From assembly GCA_033813415.1 (NCBI GenBank), contig JAPXRV010000009.1:1879-65878 (forward strand): 64,000 nucleotides of DNA. Reading direction: 5' to 3'. The DNA comes from Opitutales bacterium (GTDB lineage Bacteria; Verrucomicrobiota; Verrucomicrobiia; Opitutales; JAFGAQ01). The position numbers and the translations under genes were made by a program. Shown piece by piece: positions 49,364 to 58,187 of the stretch (positions are counted from its first letter, which is position 1; each line of letters begins with the position of its first letter). A model generated the notes under the pieces. It ran no database searches. It worked only from the letters and a program-made list of their open reading frames with translations, and was not told where the DNA came from.

Positions 49364-50620
49364 TCATGGTTTCCCGAAAAGAAGACTCACGTTGGCTCCT
49401 CCGAATCCGCTGCTATTGGAAAGAACATACCGCGGATCCGTCTTTTCGGTTTCGAACAGGAGATGGATCCCTTCGGCTTCCGGATCGGGATCCCTCAGGT
49501 GCGCGGTCCCTGGGCAGTAACCCGTGTCGATCGACAGGACCGAGATCGCAGCCTCAATGATGCTGGACATCGACAGTCCGTGGCCCGTGAGCGACTTGGT
49601 GCTGCTGACCTTTACGTGCGCACCGGATCCAAACACCTTCTTGATCGCCTTCATTTCCGCCAGATCTCCGGCGTAGGTGGACGGAGCGTGGGCATTCAGG
49701 TAATCGATGGCATCCGGATTCAACCCGGCACGATCAATGGCCATGCGCATGCTTCTTTCCACTCCGTTCCCTTCCGGATCGGGAAGCACAGGACTGAACC
49801 CATCCGATGTTTGAGCCCAGGAAAGCATCTCGGCAAGCGGACGGGCCCCTCTGGCTTTCATGGAAGCTTCCGATTCCAGAATCATCGCCACTCCTCCACC
49901 GGTCGCGACAAATCCGCTTCGTCTCTTGTCAAAGGGACAAACCGCTTCCTTGGGATCAGATCCCGTGGCCAATGCACGCATCGCTGCAAAAGGAAGAATG
50001 GTGTCTGGATCTCCATCTTCTCCCCCGACGACCAACATGATATCCTGACGTCCGCATACAATCTCATCCCAGGCCGAGCCAAGTGCATGGCCCGAGGAGG
50101 CGCATGCCGAGATGAATCCACAGGATGAGCCCTTGATCCCGAGATGCGCTACAAAATTGAAGTTCAAGGTCCCCGGGACTGACGAAATCACGGCTTTCGG
50201 GCTTATTTTATCCGCTCCCACTTCGCGTATGCGATTCAGATGATAGCGGAGACTGGAGACCGAACCGATCGATGCGGTGTAGAGCCCGGTGCGTTCATTC
50301 GAGATGTCTTCTTTGCGAAGGCCGCTGCTCTGGATCGCTTGTGTCAGCGCACAGTAACAATACAACCCGTGCGCTGAGAGGTTGCGAAGCAGGTTCCGTG
50401 AGGGTTTGTATTCTGAGGGATACGTCCAGTCTTCCGAGTCCAGGCTCTGCGTGTCAAATCCCTTGATGGTTCCGGCCAGTTTGATGGGGATGTTGTCAGC
50501 AGCCAGAGGAGGGAAGGGTTCGATTCCCGTCCGGAGATGAAGCAGGCTATCCAGAACTTCCGCTGTGGAGTTTCCGATGCTTGAAATGAAACCCAAACCG
50601 GTGACGTATACTTTGGTCAT
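49364..50620 (-). CDS. Beta-ketoacyl-ACP synthase (FabB/FabF type)
   Basis: VYVTGLG, catalytic SACASSGHA, NAH, STKSLTGH, SNSSGFGGANVSL. ATG 50620 chosen as start. Confidence 0.92.
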   Translation of the reverse strand: MTKVYVTGLGFISSIGNSTAEVLDSLLHLRTGIEPFPPLAADNIPIKLAGTIKGFDTQSLDSEDWTYPSEYKPSRNLLRNLSAHGLYCYCALTQAIQSSGLRKEDISNERTGLYTASIGSVSSLRYHLNRIREVGADKISPKAVISSVPGTLNFNFVAHLGIKGSSCGFISACASSGHALGSAWDEIVCGRQDIMLVVGGEDGDPDTILPFAAMRALATGSDPKEAVCPFDKRRSGFVATGGGVAMILESEASMKARGARPLAEMLSWAQTSDGFSPVLPDPEGNGVERSMRMAIDRAGLNPDAIDYLNAHAPSTYAGDLAEMKAIKKVFGSGAHVKVSSTKSLTGHGLSMSSIIEAAISVLSIDTGYCPGTAHLRDPDPEAEGIHLLFETEKTDPRYVLSNSSGFGGANVSLLFGKP

Positions 50621-50872
50621 GTTGTGAGAGCTTTCCAATTCCTGAAGTTTCCTATAGAATAGATAATTGTAAACGCGGAAGGTTCAAATCAAGCGATGGC
50701 TTAGCAGTGACGCTCCAATAATGCAAGCTATCCCGGACGGCCTGAGGGGTCGGTGCATTACGGGCGCAAAACACTTCACTGGAGGCTGCGAAATTGTAAA
50801 TACGCCGTCAAACCGTAATCGATTTTGTGGTTGCATCTTCGGTCAGGTGAGGTAGTCTGTTCATATTCCGCT

Positions 50873-52747
50873 ATGTACCTGAAAGTTGCAGCAAGCATTC
50901 TGGCCCGAGGGCTGGGGATGATTTCGGTGGTGTTTTCCGCCGGGATGCTGTCGGCTGCACAGCCGCTTCCGATTCCGGAAAGCAGCGTTGCCCGGTATCC
51001 CTTCTCGACAGTCGGGCAGGTGGTTTCAGGTGGGGATGTTGTTGCCTCGGGCGTGGTTGTTTCGAGTCGCGTGGTTCTCACCAGTGCGCAGGTCCGTTCT
51101 CACGGGAACGTGGATGATCTCCGTTTCCGTGCATCCGATGGGCAGTACTATCGGGTTTCGAGTGTTCTTGGTTTTTCGGAATACGTTGCGGCGATGGATC
51201 CCAGGGATCCTTCGTATGCGGACAATCTCGGGCGCGACATTTTGTTTCTCCTGTTTGGAGAAGAGGTCAATTTGGGTGACGCCGCAATATGGGGCTCCGA
51301 GCCTTTGGATTCGCAAGCCTTCCGTATGATGGTGGGATATGCTCCTGACCGCTATGGTGTGGGGAATGCGGATGCGCTTCGACTGCATGCGACGGGAGCA
51401 GGTGAGGCTGTAGGTTGTTCTTTCGAGAAGGTTGTGTCGCGTTTCCATAGGAGTGATGCGATCCGGTTTGGACGTGGATTGCCTGGCGCGGGCGTGTTCT
51501 CATTTGTTGCCAACCGATGGGTTTTGAGTGGCGTGTATGTATCGGATTCAGCGGATTTCGGCCAGGCCGGAGTCTGCGGAGTGGATGCGCTGGTTGGTCT
51601 GTTGTATGATCAGGCCGTCAACCGGACGAACAGTGTGGTTCGTCATCCCGATGTTTTGCAGGCCGGGTATTCATCCAATGGGACATGGGAAGGTGCGGTT
51701 GTGCTTCCGCTGGGTCATACGCTCAGTGCCACAGTTCATGGAGGTTCGATTTCCGATTTTCATGCCTTTGATGTGGCTTCCACGGGCGTCTACGTGGTGG
51801 AGAGCTTTGGTTCACTGGATGTATCCGGATCGCTTTACAATGCGGCTGGAAAACTGGTGTCGAGCAACGACGATTTCGGGGGCAGCCTGAATTACCGGAT
51901 ATCCGCATTACTTGAACCCGGCCGCTACTACGTGCGCACGACGCCATTTTCGACGGAGGACACCGGTTTCTACGGAATCCGTGTTCAGGCTGAATCGCCT
52001 TCAGCGGTGGTTTATGGAGATGCGAACACGCCTCCGATGGGTGTGATTGATCATGATTTGGGCAGCTCCGAATGGTATCAGATCGGGACTGCCGGCGAAC
52101 GCGACATGTTCCGCTTTCGGGTGACCCAGGCCGGGCATGTCAGCATATGGACCGAGGGCAATATGGATATGCTCGGGGTATTGATTGCTCCGAATTCTGG
52201 TGCGGTCCCACCGTTTGAGCCTTTGTCCAGTCAACGGATCTGGTCGGTCAGCGACGATGCATCCGGGCGCAGTGGGAATGTTCTGCTGGATGCCGTATTA
52301 CCCGCAGGTGATTATGTGTTGATCCTGTCTGCGCGGGAGTCGATGGAAACCGGGCCCTATCGCTTGTCGATCCGCATGGATACAAGTCTCCAGGCCTCCA
52401 CTGAGGAAGATGATTTGGACGACACTTTTGGCAAGGCCGTGAGTGCCTCTGGTAGTGTCATGTCCGGAGAGCTGTCCAGTGGTGGAGATGTGGATTTTGT
52501 CCGTATAGAGTCGACGTCGACTGGAGCAAAGAAGTTCATTTCGACTGGAGCCACCGATGTGGTATTCAAGGTGTTCAATGAGGATTTTGAACCTGTGGGA
52601 ACCTGGAGTGCGGATGGGCCGGGTGTTTCCTCGATGGAATTGGTTCTAAACCGCGGGTACTATTTCGTCCGGATTACGGGTGCGGATCCCGAGGCTCCAT
52701 CCGGTTCCTACCGGATCACCATCGATCCGGTGGCATCGGTCCCCTGA
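50873..52747 (+). CDS. Secreted protein with a degenerate trypsin-like domain and three PPC-type beta-sandwich domains
   Basis: Signal peptide; YPFSTVG...SGVVVSSRVVLTSAQV, RDILFL, MVGY, GLPGAGVF; PPC-like repeats such as NDDFGGSLNYRISALLEPGRYYVR...TGFYGIRV. Confidence 0.78.
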   Translation: MYLKVAASILARGLGMISVVFSAGMLSAAQPLPIPESSVARYPFSTVGQVVSGGDVVASGVVVSSRVVLTSAQVRSHGNVDDLRFRASDGQYYRVSSVLGFSEYVAAMDPRDPSYADNLGRDILFLLFGEEVNLGDAAIWGSEPLDSQAFRMMVGYAPDRYGVGNADALRLHATGAGEAVGCSFEKVVSRFHRSDAIRFGRGLPGAGVFSFVANRWVLSGVYVSDSADFGQAGVCGVDALVGLLYDQAVNRTNSVVRHPDVLQAGYSSNGTWEGAVVLPLGHTLSATVHGGSISDFHAFDVASTGVYVVESFGSLDVSGSLYNAAGKLVSSNDDFGGSLNYRISALLEPGRYYVRTTPFSTEDTGFYGIRVQAESPSAVVYGDANTPPMGVIDHDLGSSEWYQIGTAGERDMFRFRVTQAGHVSIWTEGNMDMLGVLIAPNSGAVPPFEPLSSQRIWSVSDDASGRSGNVLLDAVLPAGDYVLILSARESMETGPYRLSIRMDTSLQASTEEDDLDDTFGKAVSASGSVMSGELSSGGDVDFVRIESTSTGAKKFISTGATDVVFKVFNEDFEPVGTWSADGPGVSSMELVLNRGYYFVRITGADPEAPSGSYRITIDPVASVP

Positions 52748-52840
52748 TATTGGGATGCGTTGGCTCCCCGGGTAATGGAGTTCGTTTGAGTTGATTCCCC
52801 CCCCCTTGGATCGTTCTCCAGCAGGGGGTTGCGTGTAAGT

Positions 52841-53203
52841 TCACTCGGATTGAGCGTTTCTTGATTGAAGCGTTGGAATATCTGGATCCGGGAGGACGGG
52901 TTCGGGTATTCTCTCTTCGAGACCCCGCAGGATATCCGCTTCCAGTGAGTTTGCAGGATTCGGGAATGCTGACTCCCCCATATTTGGTTCTGCATTCATG
53001 CGGCCCTGGGACATCGTCTCGACAGAGGATTCTGGCCCGGAAGCCGGAGGCGAGGAATACATCGATGCCCTTCGATTCAACCATGCTCCCAGCGGAAGCC
53101 CGACGAAGAGCCCGGCCCCAAACGCAATCATAAGCATCAAGCCGACGATACGCCGGTTGTTTATTCCGGAAGAGGATGAAAGAGAGTCTGGGCGGGTATT
53201 CAT
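52841..53203 (-). CDS. Hypothetical single-TM protein, 120 aa
   Basis: RRIVGLMLMIAFGAGLFVGLPLGAWL hydrophobic segment with a Pro/acidic tail; best-looking ORF in this gap. Confidence 0.55.
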   Translation of the reverse strand: MNTRPDSLSSSSGINNRRIVGLMLMIAFGAGLFVGLPLGAWLNRRASMYSSPPASGPESSVETMSQGRMNAEPNMGESAFPNPANSLEADILRGLEERIPEPVLPDPDIPTLQSRNAQSE

Positions 53204-53514
53204 TGTCGATTGGATGTGGCTGTAGCGCCAATCTCAGCTTCCAACTTCATTGACTCGGGCAGCTGACTGGTCAACACAAAGCTGCCTTTTTGAAACAAGG
53301 CCGGGTGCAGAGGTATTGATTTGTAGAAGAGGCTTTTTTCCCGGGGATCGCAAAGGAAGACTCTATTTGAGCCCGAAGCACACAATGGGGAAAAGGTGTT
53401 GCTCCGGAGACGACGGGCTTCAGTCATTCGACTACGCTTATGATCAAGCCCGTTGTCTACCTGTTCCGCGGGCGGAATGGATGGTGCTAAACGTTGGGGG
53501 ACGGCTTGGGTGCG

Positions 53515-53667
53515 CTGGAGTCGAATGGACGTTGGGATAATCCCCTCGCTTGAGGGTACTGTTGCGGGTAGGGCATGGCTGAATCCACACCCTCAAGAGG
53601 GCTCACTGGAGGTGAAAAGGAGCAGGGGGAGCCAATGCTTGCCATTATGGCGATGGAAGAGGACGCG
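53515..53667 (+). repeat. Dispersed non-coding element, copy 2 (homologous to 30527..30746)
   Basis: Same ordered blocks as copy 1; degraded hairpin GTAGGGCATGGCTGAATCCACACCCT. Confidence 0.8.
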
Positions 53668-53923
53668 AGCCCTTCCAGATGCGGGGAATCCGGGGTGCTC
53701 CCGGTCTTTCGTCTGCAAACTTTTCTTAATTTGCTTGCCATCGGCTTGTGTCCAAACGTAGTAAGTTCTTCAGGAAACAATACGACACGGGTTTTCAGCG
53801 ACTTATTGGAGCTGGGTTTGCTTGAGTTGTGTATTTCATAATTTTCAGGTCTTACACAAAGGACTTACACGTCACAAGATGAGGTGTGGGAACAATGGGA
53901 TAAGCCCCTGAGAATCAACAAGT

Positions 53924-53999
53924 GGGCTGGTAGCTCAATGGTTAGAGCAGTGGCCTTTTAAGCCATTGGTTCTGGGTTCGAGTCCCAGCCGGCCTACCA
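53924..53999 (+). tRNA. tRNA-Lys(UUU)
   Basis: GGGCTGGTAGCTCAATGGTTAGAGCAGTGGCCTTTTAAGCCATTGGTTCTGGGTTCGAGTCCCAGCCGGCCTACCA: 76 nt, anticodon TTT, TTCGA T-loop, encoded CCA. Confidence 0.97.
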
Positions 54000-54071
54000 A
54001 GTTTCCCTTTACCCCCGGATGTGTATTCCATCCGCTTCAGTCCTTGTTGAATGAAGGCTGACACTCCCCTG

Positions 54072-54758
54072 CTACTGTGCGAGGTGAATCCACTGCTTCC
54101 CCATACGCTTGAGGGTCTTCCGGTTCGTTTCAAATAGCGGATCCCAGGACTCCAATAGTGCCCAAAAGGATGCGGAATGATCCATGTGGACAAGGTGTGC
54201 AAGCTCGTGAAGGATGATGTGATCCTGTAACTCAGGAGGCATCAGCACCAGCCTCCAGTTCAACGAAATTGTTCCTGAGTTTGAACACGATCCCCAGCGT
54301 GTGCGCTGGTTCCGGATCGATACGGACTGCACCGGTGGGACTTTGGTGTGCGACGCAAACTCGATCACCCGGGGAGGCAACGTGGCCGCTGCCAAGGCAG
54401 TGAGTTGTTTCACCAGGCTCCGCTCCCCGTTGTCGAACAAGGGGAAGTGCTCGACCAGCGTGAGGTTGCCTAATGGATCTTCCGGATAGAGCTTGGTCCA
54501 ATGCACGGGAATCTGGCGCCCCATGATGGTGACGAATGGATGGTTCAGCAGATGAGCCCCGAGCGTCTGCGCGGATGCCCCGGGGACGCTTGCCACTTGA
54601 TTCATCCAGTCAACCCGCGATTGGACGAAGGCCTCCGCGCGCTTCCTCGAGATCCCGCGCGGATAGGTTACCACGAAGCGCCCGTTTCCCCTGTAGGTGA
54701 TGCTTATCCGGCGACTGGAGGGGTGAGCACGGTACGCACAATCCCAGATATGACTCAT
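54072..54758 (-). CDS. YgjP/M48-like zinc metalloprotein (DUF45)
   Basis: IRNQRTRWGSCS, LNWRL, IILHELAHL...HSASFW. ATG 54758 overlaps the mazG stop (ATGA). Confidence 0.88.
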   Translation of the reverse strand: MSHIWDCAYRAHPSSRRISITYRGNGRFVVTYPRGISRKRAEAFVQSRVDWMNQVASVPGASAQTLGAHLLNHPFVTIMGRQIPVHWTKLYPEDPLGNLTLVEHFPLFDNGERSLVKQLTALAAATLPPRVIEFASHTKVPPVQSVSIRNQRTRWGSCSNSGTISLNWRLVLMPPELQDHIILHELAHLVHMDHSASFWALLESWDPLFETNRKTLKRMGKQWIHLAQ

Positions 54759-55462
54759 GCGTTCGCGGAAGGATCTTTCCGTTGCTGGAGCGCGGACTCC
54801 ATTTCTGTGACAAGAGTATCCGTATATCCTCTGAGGAGCTGCTCTGGATCGATTCCCCGAAGCCGGCAAGTCGCGGCGATTGAGAATAGGTGCTTCGCCA
54901 ATGATGCATCATCCAGCACGGAGATTTCCCCGATCATTTGGGACGGGACGGCAGGATGGTTTTCCAGCCCCTGTTTGACGACCTGTTTGTAAGTCTTTTT
55001 CGCAAACAACAATGCGGGAAGCCTGGGTGGCTGGGGCTTGAATGGCGATGGTTGGATTTGCGCAGGCTTTTCTCCGGCTTTGATTTCATCCCAACGCTTG
55101 AGAACTTTCTCGGGAGTGTCTGCTGTGCCGGTTTCAGGTGCGAACACGTGAGGGTGGCGCCGGATGAGCTTTTCATTCACTTCGCGCGCAACATCTTCCA
55201 TTGAGAATCGACCGGCTTCACGAGCGATTTCGGTCTGCATCACCACATTCAGCAGCACGTCGCCGAGTTCTTCCAGCATGTGATTGTAGTCCAGATTATC
55301 AATGGCCTCGATGAGTTCAGAGCACTCCTCGATCAAACACTCGGTGAGGGAAGCGTGGGTCTGCTCCCGATCCCATGGGCATCCTCCGGGAGCCCGCAGA
55401 ATGGCGACAGTCTGGAGCAGGTCAGAATACGCTTCGTTTGTGGATGGCGCGGTGGTGGTCAT
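54755..55462 (-). CDS. mazG: MazG-family nucleoside triphosphate pyrophosphohydrolase
   Basis: LRAPGGCPWDREQT, IEECSE, EELGDVL, KLIRRHPHVF, WDEIKAGEK. Confidence 0.92.
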   Translation of the reverse strand: MTTTAPSTNEAYSDLLQTVAILRAPGGCPWDREQTHASLTECLIEECSELIEAIDNLDYNHMLEELGDVLLNVVMQTEIAREAGRFSMEDVAREVNEKLIRRHPHVFAPETGTADTPEKVLKRWDEIKAGEKPAQIQPSPFKPQPPRLPALLFAKKTYKQVVKQGLENHPAVPSQMIGEISVLDDASLAKHLFSIAATCRLRGIDPEQLLRGYTDTLVTEMESALQQRKDPSANA

Positions 55463-55567
55463 GGGTGGAAATTGATGGTTGACGCATGAGGCAAGATGTC
55501 CTCCATGTCAGATGGAAGAGCGAACGAACGAAGATTTCAAGGGAATGTTTTTGGGTGATACGAGCAG

Positions 55568-56371
55568 ATGAGTGACAAATTGACCGAAATCATGGACTGG
55601 AAGCGTCAGGAGATTGCTTCCCTCATCCGACCTGTATCCGACCGGGAGTTGGAGCGACTGGGATCCAGAAAGGATCTGCGTCCATTCCTTATGTCGGGAT
55701 CGCTGCGTGCTCATCCTGAGCGACTGGGCGTGATTGCGGAAATCAAGAGACGTTCTCCCTCGGCCGGAGCAATCCGTGAGGATGCGAATGCGGAGGATCA
55801 GGCGATCAAATACGTGAACGCGCATGCGGACGCGCTTTCCGTCCTGACCGATCAGAAGTTCTTCGGCGGGCGGATTCAGGACTTGTGGGATGTGGTTGAA
55901 CTGCTCGAACGCCACAGTCGGAAAGTGCCTTGCCTGCGCAAGGATTTCATGGTGCATCCGGTGCAGGTGGTCGAGGCTGCCGAAGCAGGCGCATCTGCGA
56001 TTCTGATTATTGTGCGGGCACTGGATGACGGGACGATCCGGGATCTGCAGCATGCGGCTGAGCTGGCCGGGATGGATAGCTTGTTTGAAGTGCATAATCA
56101 GGAGGAGCTGGATCGGGCATTGCGTTTCAATCCCAAGATGGTGGGTGTCAATAACCGGGATCTCAGGCGTTTTGTCACAGATCTCTCGATCAGCGAATCC
56201 CTCATCCCGCAGATTCCCGATGGAGTGATCCGCGTCAGCGAAAGCGGGATATTCACGGTGGAGGATGCCGCACGCGTGCGAGCTGCGGGAGCGGATGCGA
56301 TTCTGGTGGGCCAGGCGCTTATGGAGCAGGATGATCCCACCGAACTACTGGAATCTTTTCATTCCCTGTGA
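55568..56371 (+). CDS. trpC: Indole-3-glycerol phosphate synthase
   Basis: IAEIKRRSPSAG, LSVLTD, LRKDF, LFEVH, GVNNRDL, VSESGI. Confidence 0.95.
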   Translation: MSDKLTEIMDWKRQEIASLIRPVSDRELERLGSRKDLRPFLMSGSLRAHPERLGVIAEIKRRSPSAGAIREDANAEDQAIKYVNAHADALSVLTDQKFFGGRIQDLWDVVELLERHSRKVPCLRKDFMVHPVQVVEAAEAGASAILIIVRALDDGTIRDLQHAAELAGMDSLFEVHNQEELDRALRFNPKMVGVNNRDLRRFVTDLSISESLIPQIPDGVIRVSESGIFTVEDAARVRAAGADAILVGQALMEQDDPTELLESFHSL

Positions 56372-57195
56372 ACCGGAGGGACCTCATCGCGCGTTTCCAG
56401 TCGACGGGCTTTTCTCCGGCTCATCGACTTGGGCAGAATTTCCTCGTTGACCGCAATCTGGCGGTAAAGCTGGTGGAGATGTCCGGGGTTGTGTCCGGGG
56501 ATACGGTGGTAGAGGTTGGGCCCGGCTTCGGGATGCTCTCACGGGTTCTGGTTGAGCGGGGAGCGGTGGTTCATGCGATTGAAAAAGATGAGCGGCTGAA
56601 GAGCCACCTCGAGGGGCTTTCTCAGGAGTTGGGTGAGTCTTTCCGATGGATGATGGGCGATGCAGTGGATCATCCGTATGCGGATCTCGGTGGATCCGGG
56701 GATTGCCTGATCGTTGCCAATCTGCCTTACGCGATCACCGGCCCCTGGCTTTTCAGAGTGATGTCTCTGGGATTCCCAAAGGTCATCGGGCTAATGTTGC
56801 AGCGGGAAGCTGCCGAGCGCTTGATGGCTCCGGTTGGAGACAAGCGGTATGGTCCGCTGGGGATCCAGCTTCAGGCAGCTTATGGCTTGTCTGGTATGCA
56901 CCGGGTGCCTTCCTCCTGTTTTCACCCTCCCCCGGATATTGAGTCGGTTTTGTTCGTGGTCAAACGCAGGGAGAATCCGCGACGTTTCGGAAAAACGTGC
57001 TATGCCGGGATGCAGGAGGTCTTTACCCAACGCCGCAAGCAGTTGGCAGGCTTGCTGACCCGCAAAGGCCTTGATGTCCCGCGTTGGATGGCATTGCTGG
57101 AGAAACATGGGCTCGACTCACGGGTTCGTCCGGAGGAGGTTCCGTTGGCCGCCTGGATTGAAGCGGACGAGCTTGCCCTGTTCGGGGTTGACTGA
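56368..57195 (+). CDS. rsmA: 16S rRNA dimethyladenosine transferase
   Basis: LGQNFLVD, VEVGPG, IEKD, ANLPY, MLQREAAERL, F.QRRKQL. Confidence 0.93.
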   Translation: MNRRDLIARFQSTGFSPAHRLGQNFLVDRNLAVKLVEMSGVVSGDTVVEVGPGFGMLSRVLVERGAVVHAIEKDERLKSHLEGLSQELGESFRWMMGDAVDHPYADLGGSGDCLIVANLPYAITGPWLFRVMSLGFPKVIGLMLQREAAERLMAPVGDKRYGPLGIQLQAAYGLSGMHRVPSSCFHPPPDIESVLFVVKRRENPRRFGKTCYAGMQEVFTQRRKQLAGLLTRKGLDVPRWMALLEKHGLDSRVRPEEVPLAAWIEADELALFGVD

Positions 57196-57249
57196 GGTCC
57201 CCGTTGTCCTGCTGAAAGCGGGCCTTCATCCCCACGGCGTTGGGCCGGA

Positions 57250-58131
57250 TCAGGGAGTTGGCTCGGCCATGATGCTGGATGCGATCGACTTCAGACCATT
57301 GAGTTCAGAATCATCAATCCCGAGAATCTCCCGGATGGTGGCCAGCACTTCCGCCGTTTTCCGGTTTGGTGCGAGTCCGAGAATGCCCTGATTCATACCG
57401 TAGACGAAGAGCATTTCAGCCAACTGCAAAATTGCCTTCAAGACACGGACCGGTTCGCTTGTGTGGCAGGAGTAGTCGGGCTCATGGTGATAGGCCACGA
57501 CCTCACTGACCTGGCGTGGCATTTCCCACTTCTGGCAGAAAAGCATACTGATAGCCCCATGATCCGTCCCATAACCGGTGTATTCCTCCACCAGATTGCG
57601 GAAGTCGAGGGCGAGTGCCTGATCAGCGGTGCGGTGGTACTGGTCGTTGAACTTATGCAAAACCAAGGTTCCCACATCGTGCAATAGTCCGGCCTGATAG
57701 GCACTGTCGGCCATTTCGGGAACAAATCGCTCACAAACCTTTTGGCATAGCGCCGCTACTGCCGTGGAATGCACCCAAAACCGGTCCATCGAATAGGAGT
57801 TGCTGCTGAGCGTTTTTTCGACGATCGCCGACAACACGCAGCGTTTGAAATGCTGAAACCCCAGAACCATAAGGGACTGGGATACGGATTCGAATACACG
57901 GGTGCCTCCGAATAGCGGAGAAGCCGCAAGCCGCAGGGTGTTCGTGGACAGCGTCGGGTCATTGCGGACGATGTCACAGATTTGCTCGAAGTCGACATCA
58001 GGGTTCGACGCGAGCCGGCGGATGTCGATCAGGGCTCTTGGCTGAGAAGGTATTCCGACTTCGAGCACGATTTTCTGGGCATTCGCGATTCGCGATGCCT
58101 CAGTTTCGGGGGGTAGAAGGGTCTTGTGCAT
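57250..58131 (-). CDS. HDOD-domain protein
   Basis: IPSQP, DPTLS..LRLA.S, FWVHS..VA, AGLLHDVG, HG..S...C.KW.MP..V..HH. Confidence 0.9.
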   Translation of the reverse strand: MHKTLLPPETEASRIANAQKIVLEVGIPSQPRALIDIRRLASNPDVDFEQICDIVRNDPTLSTNTLRLAASPLFGGTRVFESVSQSLMVLGFQHFKRCVLSAIVEKTLSSNSYSMDRFWVHSTAVAALCQKVCERFVPEMADSAYQAGLLHDVGTLVLHKFNDQYHRTADQALALDFRNLVEEYTGYGTDHGAISMLFCQKWEMPRQVSEVVAYHHEPDYSCHTSEPVRVLKAILQLAEMLFVYGMNQGILGLAPNRKTAEVLATIREILGIDDSELNGLKSIASSIMAEPTP

Positions 58132-58187
58132 CTGTATCGGTTGTTTGGAAATGGGGTGTTCGGGCTTCTGCGTGAATCAAACGGGGA

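Noticed and set aside
53575-53841. 88-aa ORF starting inside the dispersed element
   Set aside because: The equivalent frame in copy 1 stops after 17 codons and then shifts frame, so coding is not conserved.
55568-57195. trpC-rsmA overlap and scattered aro/trp/his genes
   Set aside because: Dispersed biosynthetic genes and mixed operons are common in PVC-group bacteria, so this is not evidence of a new system.
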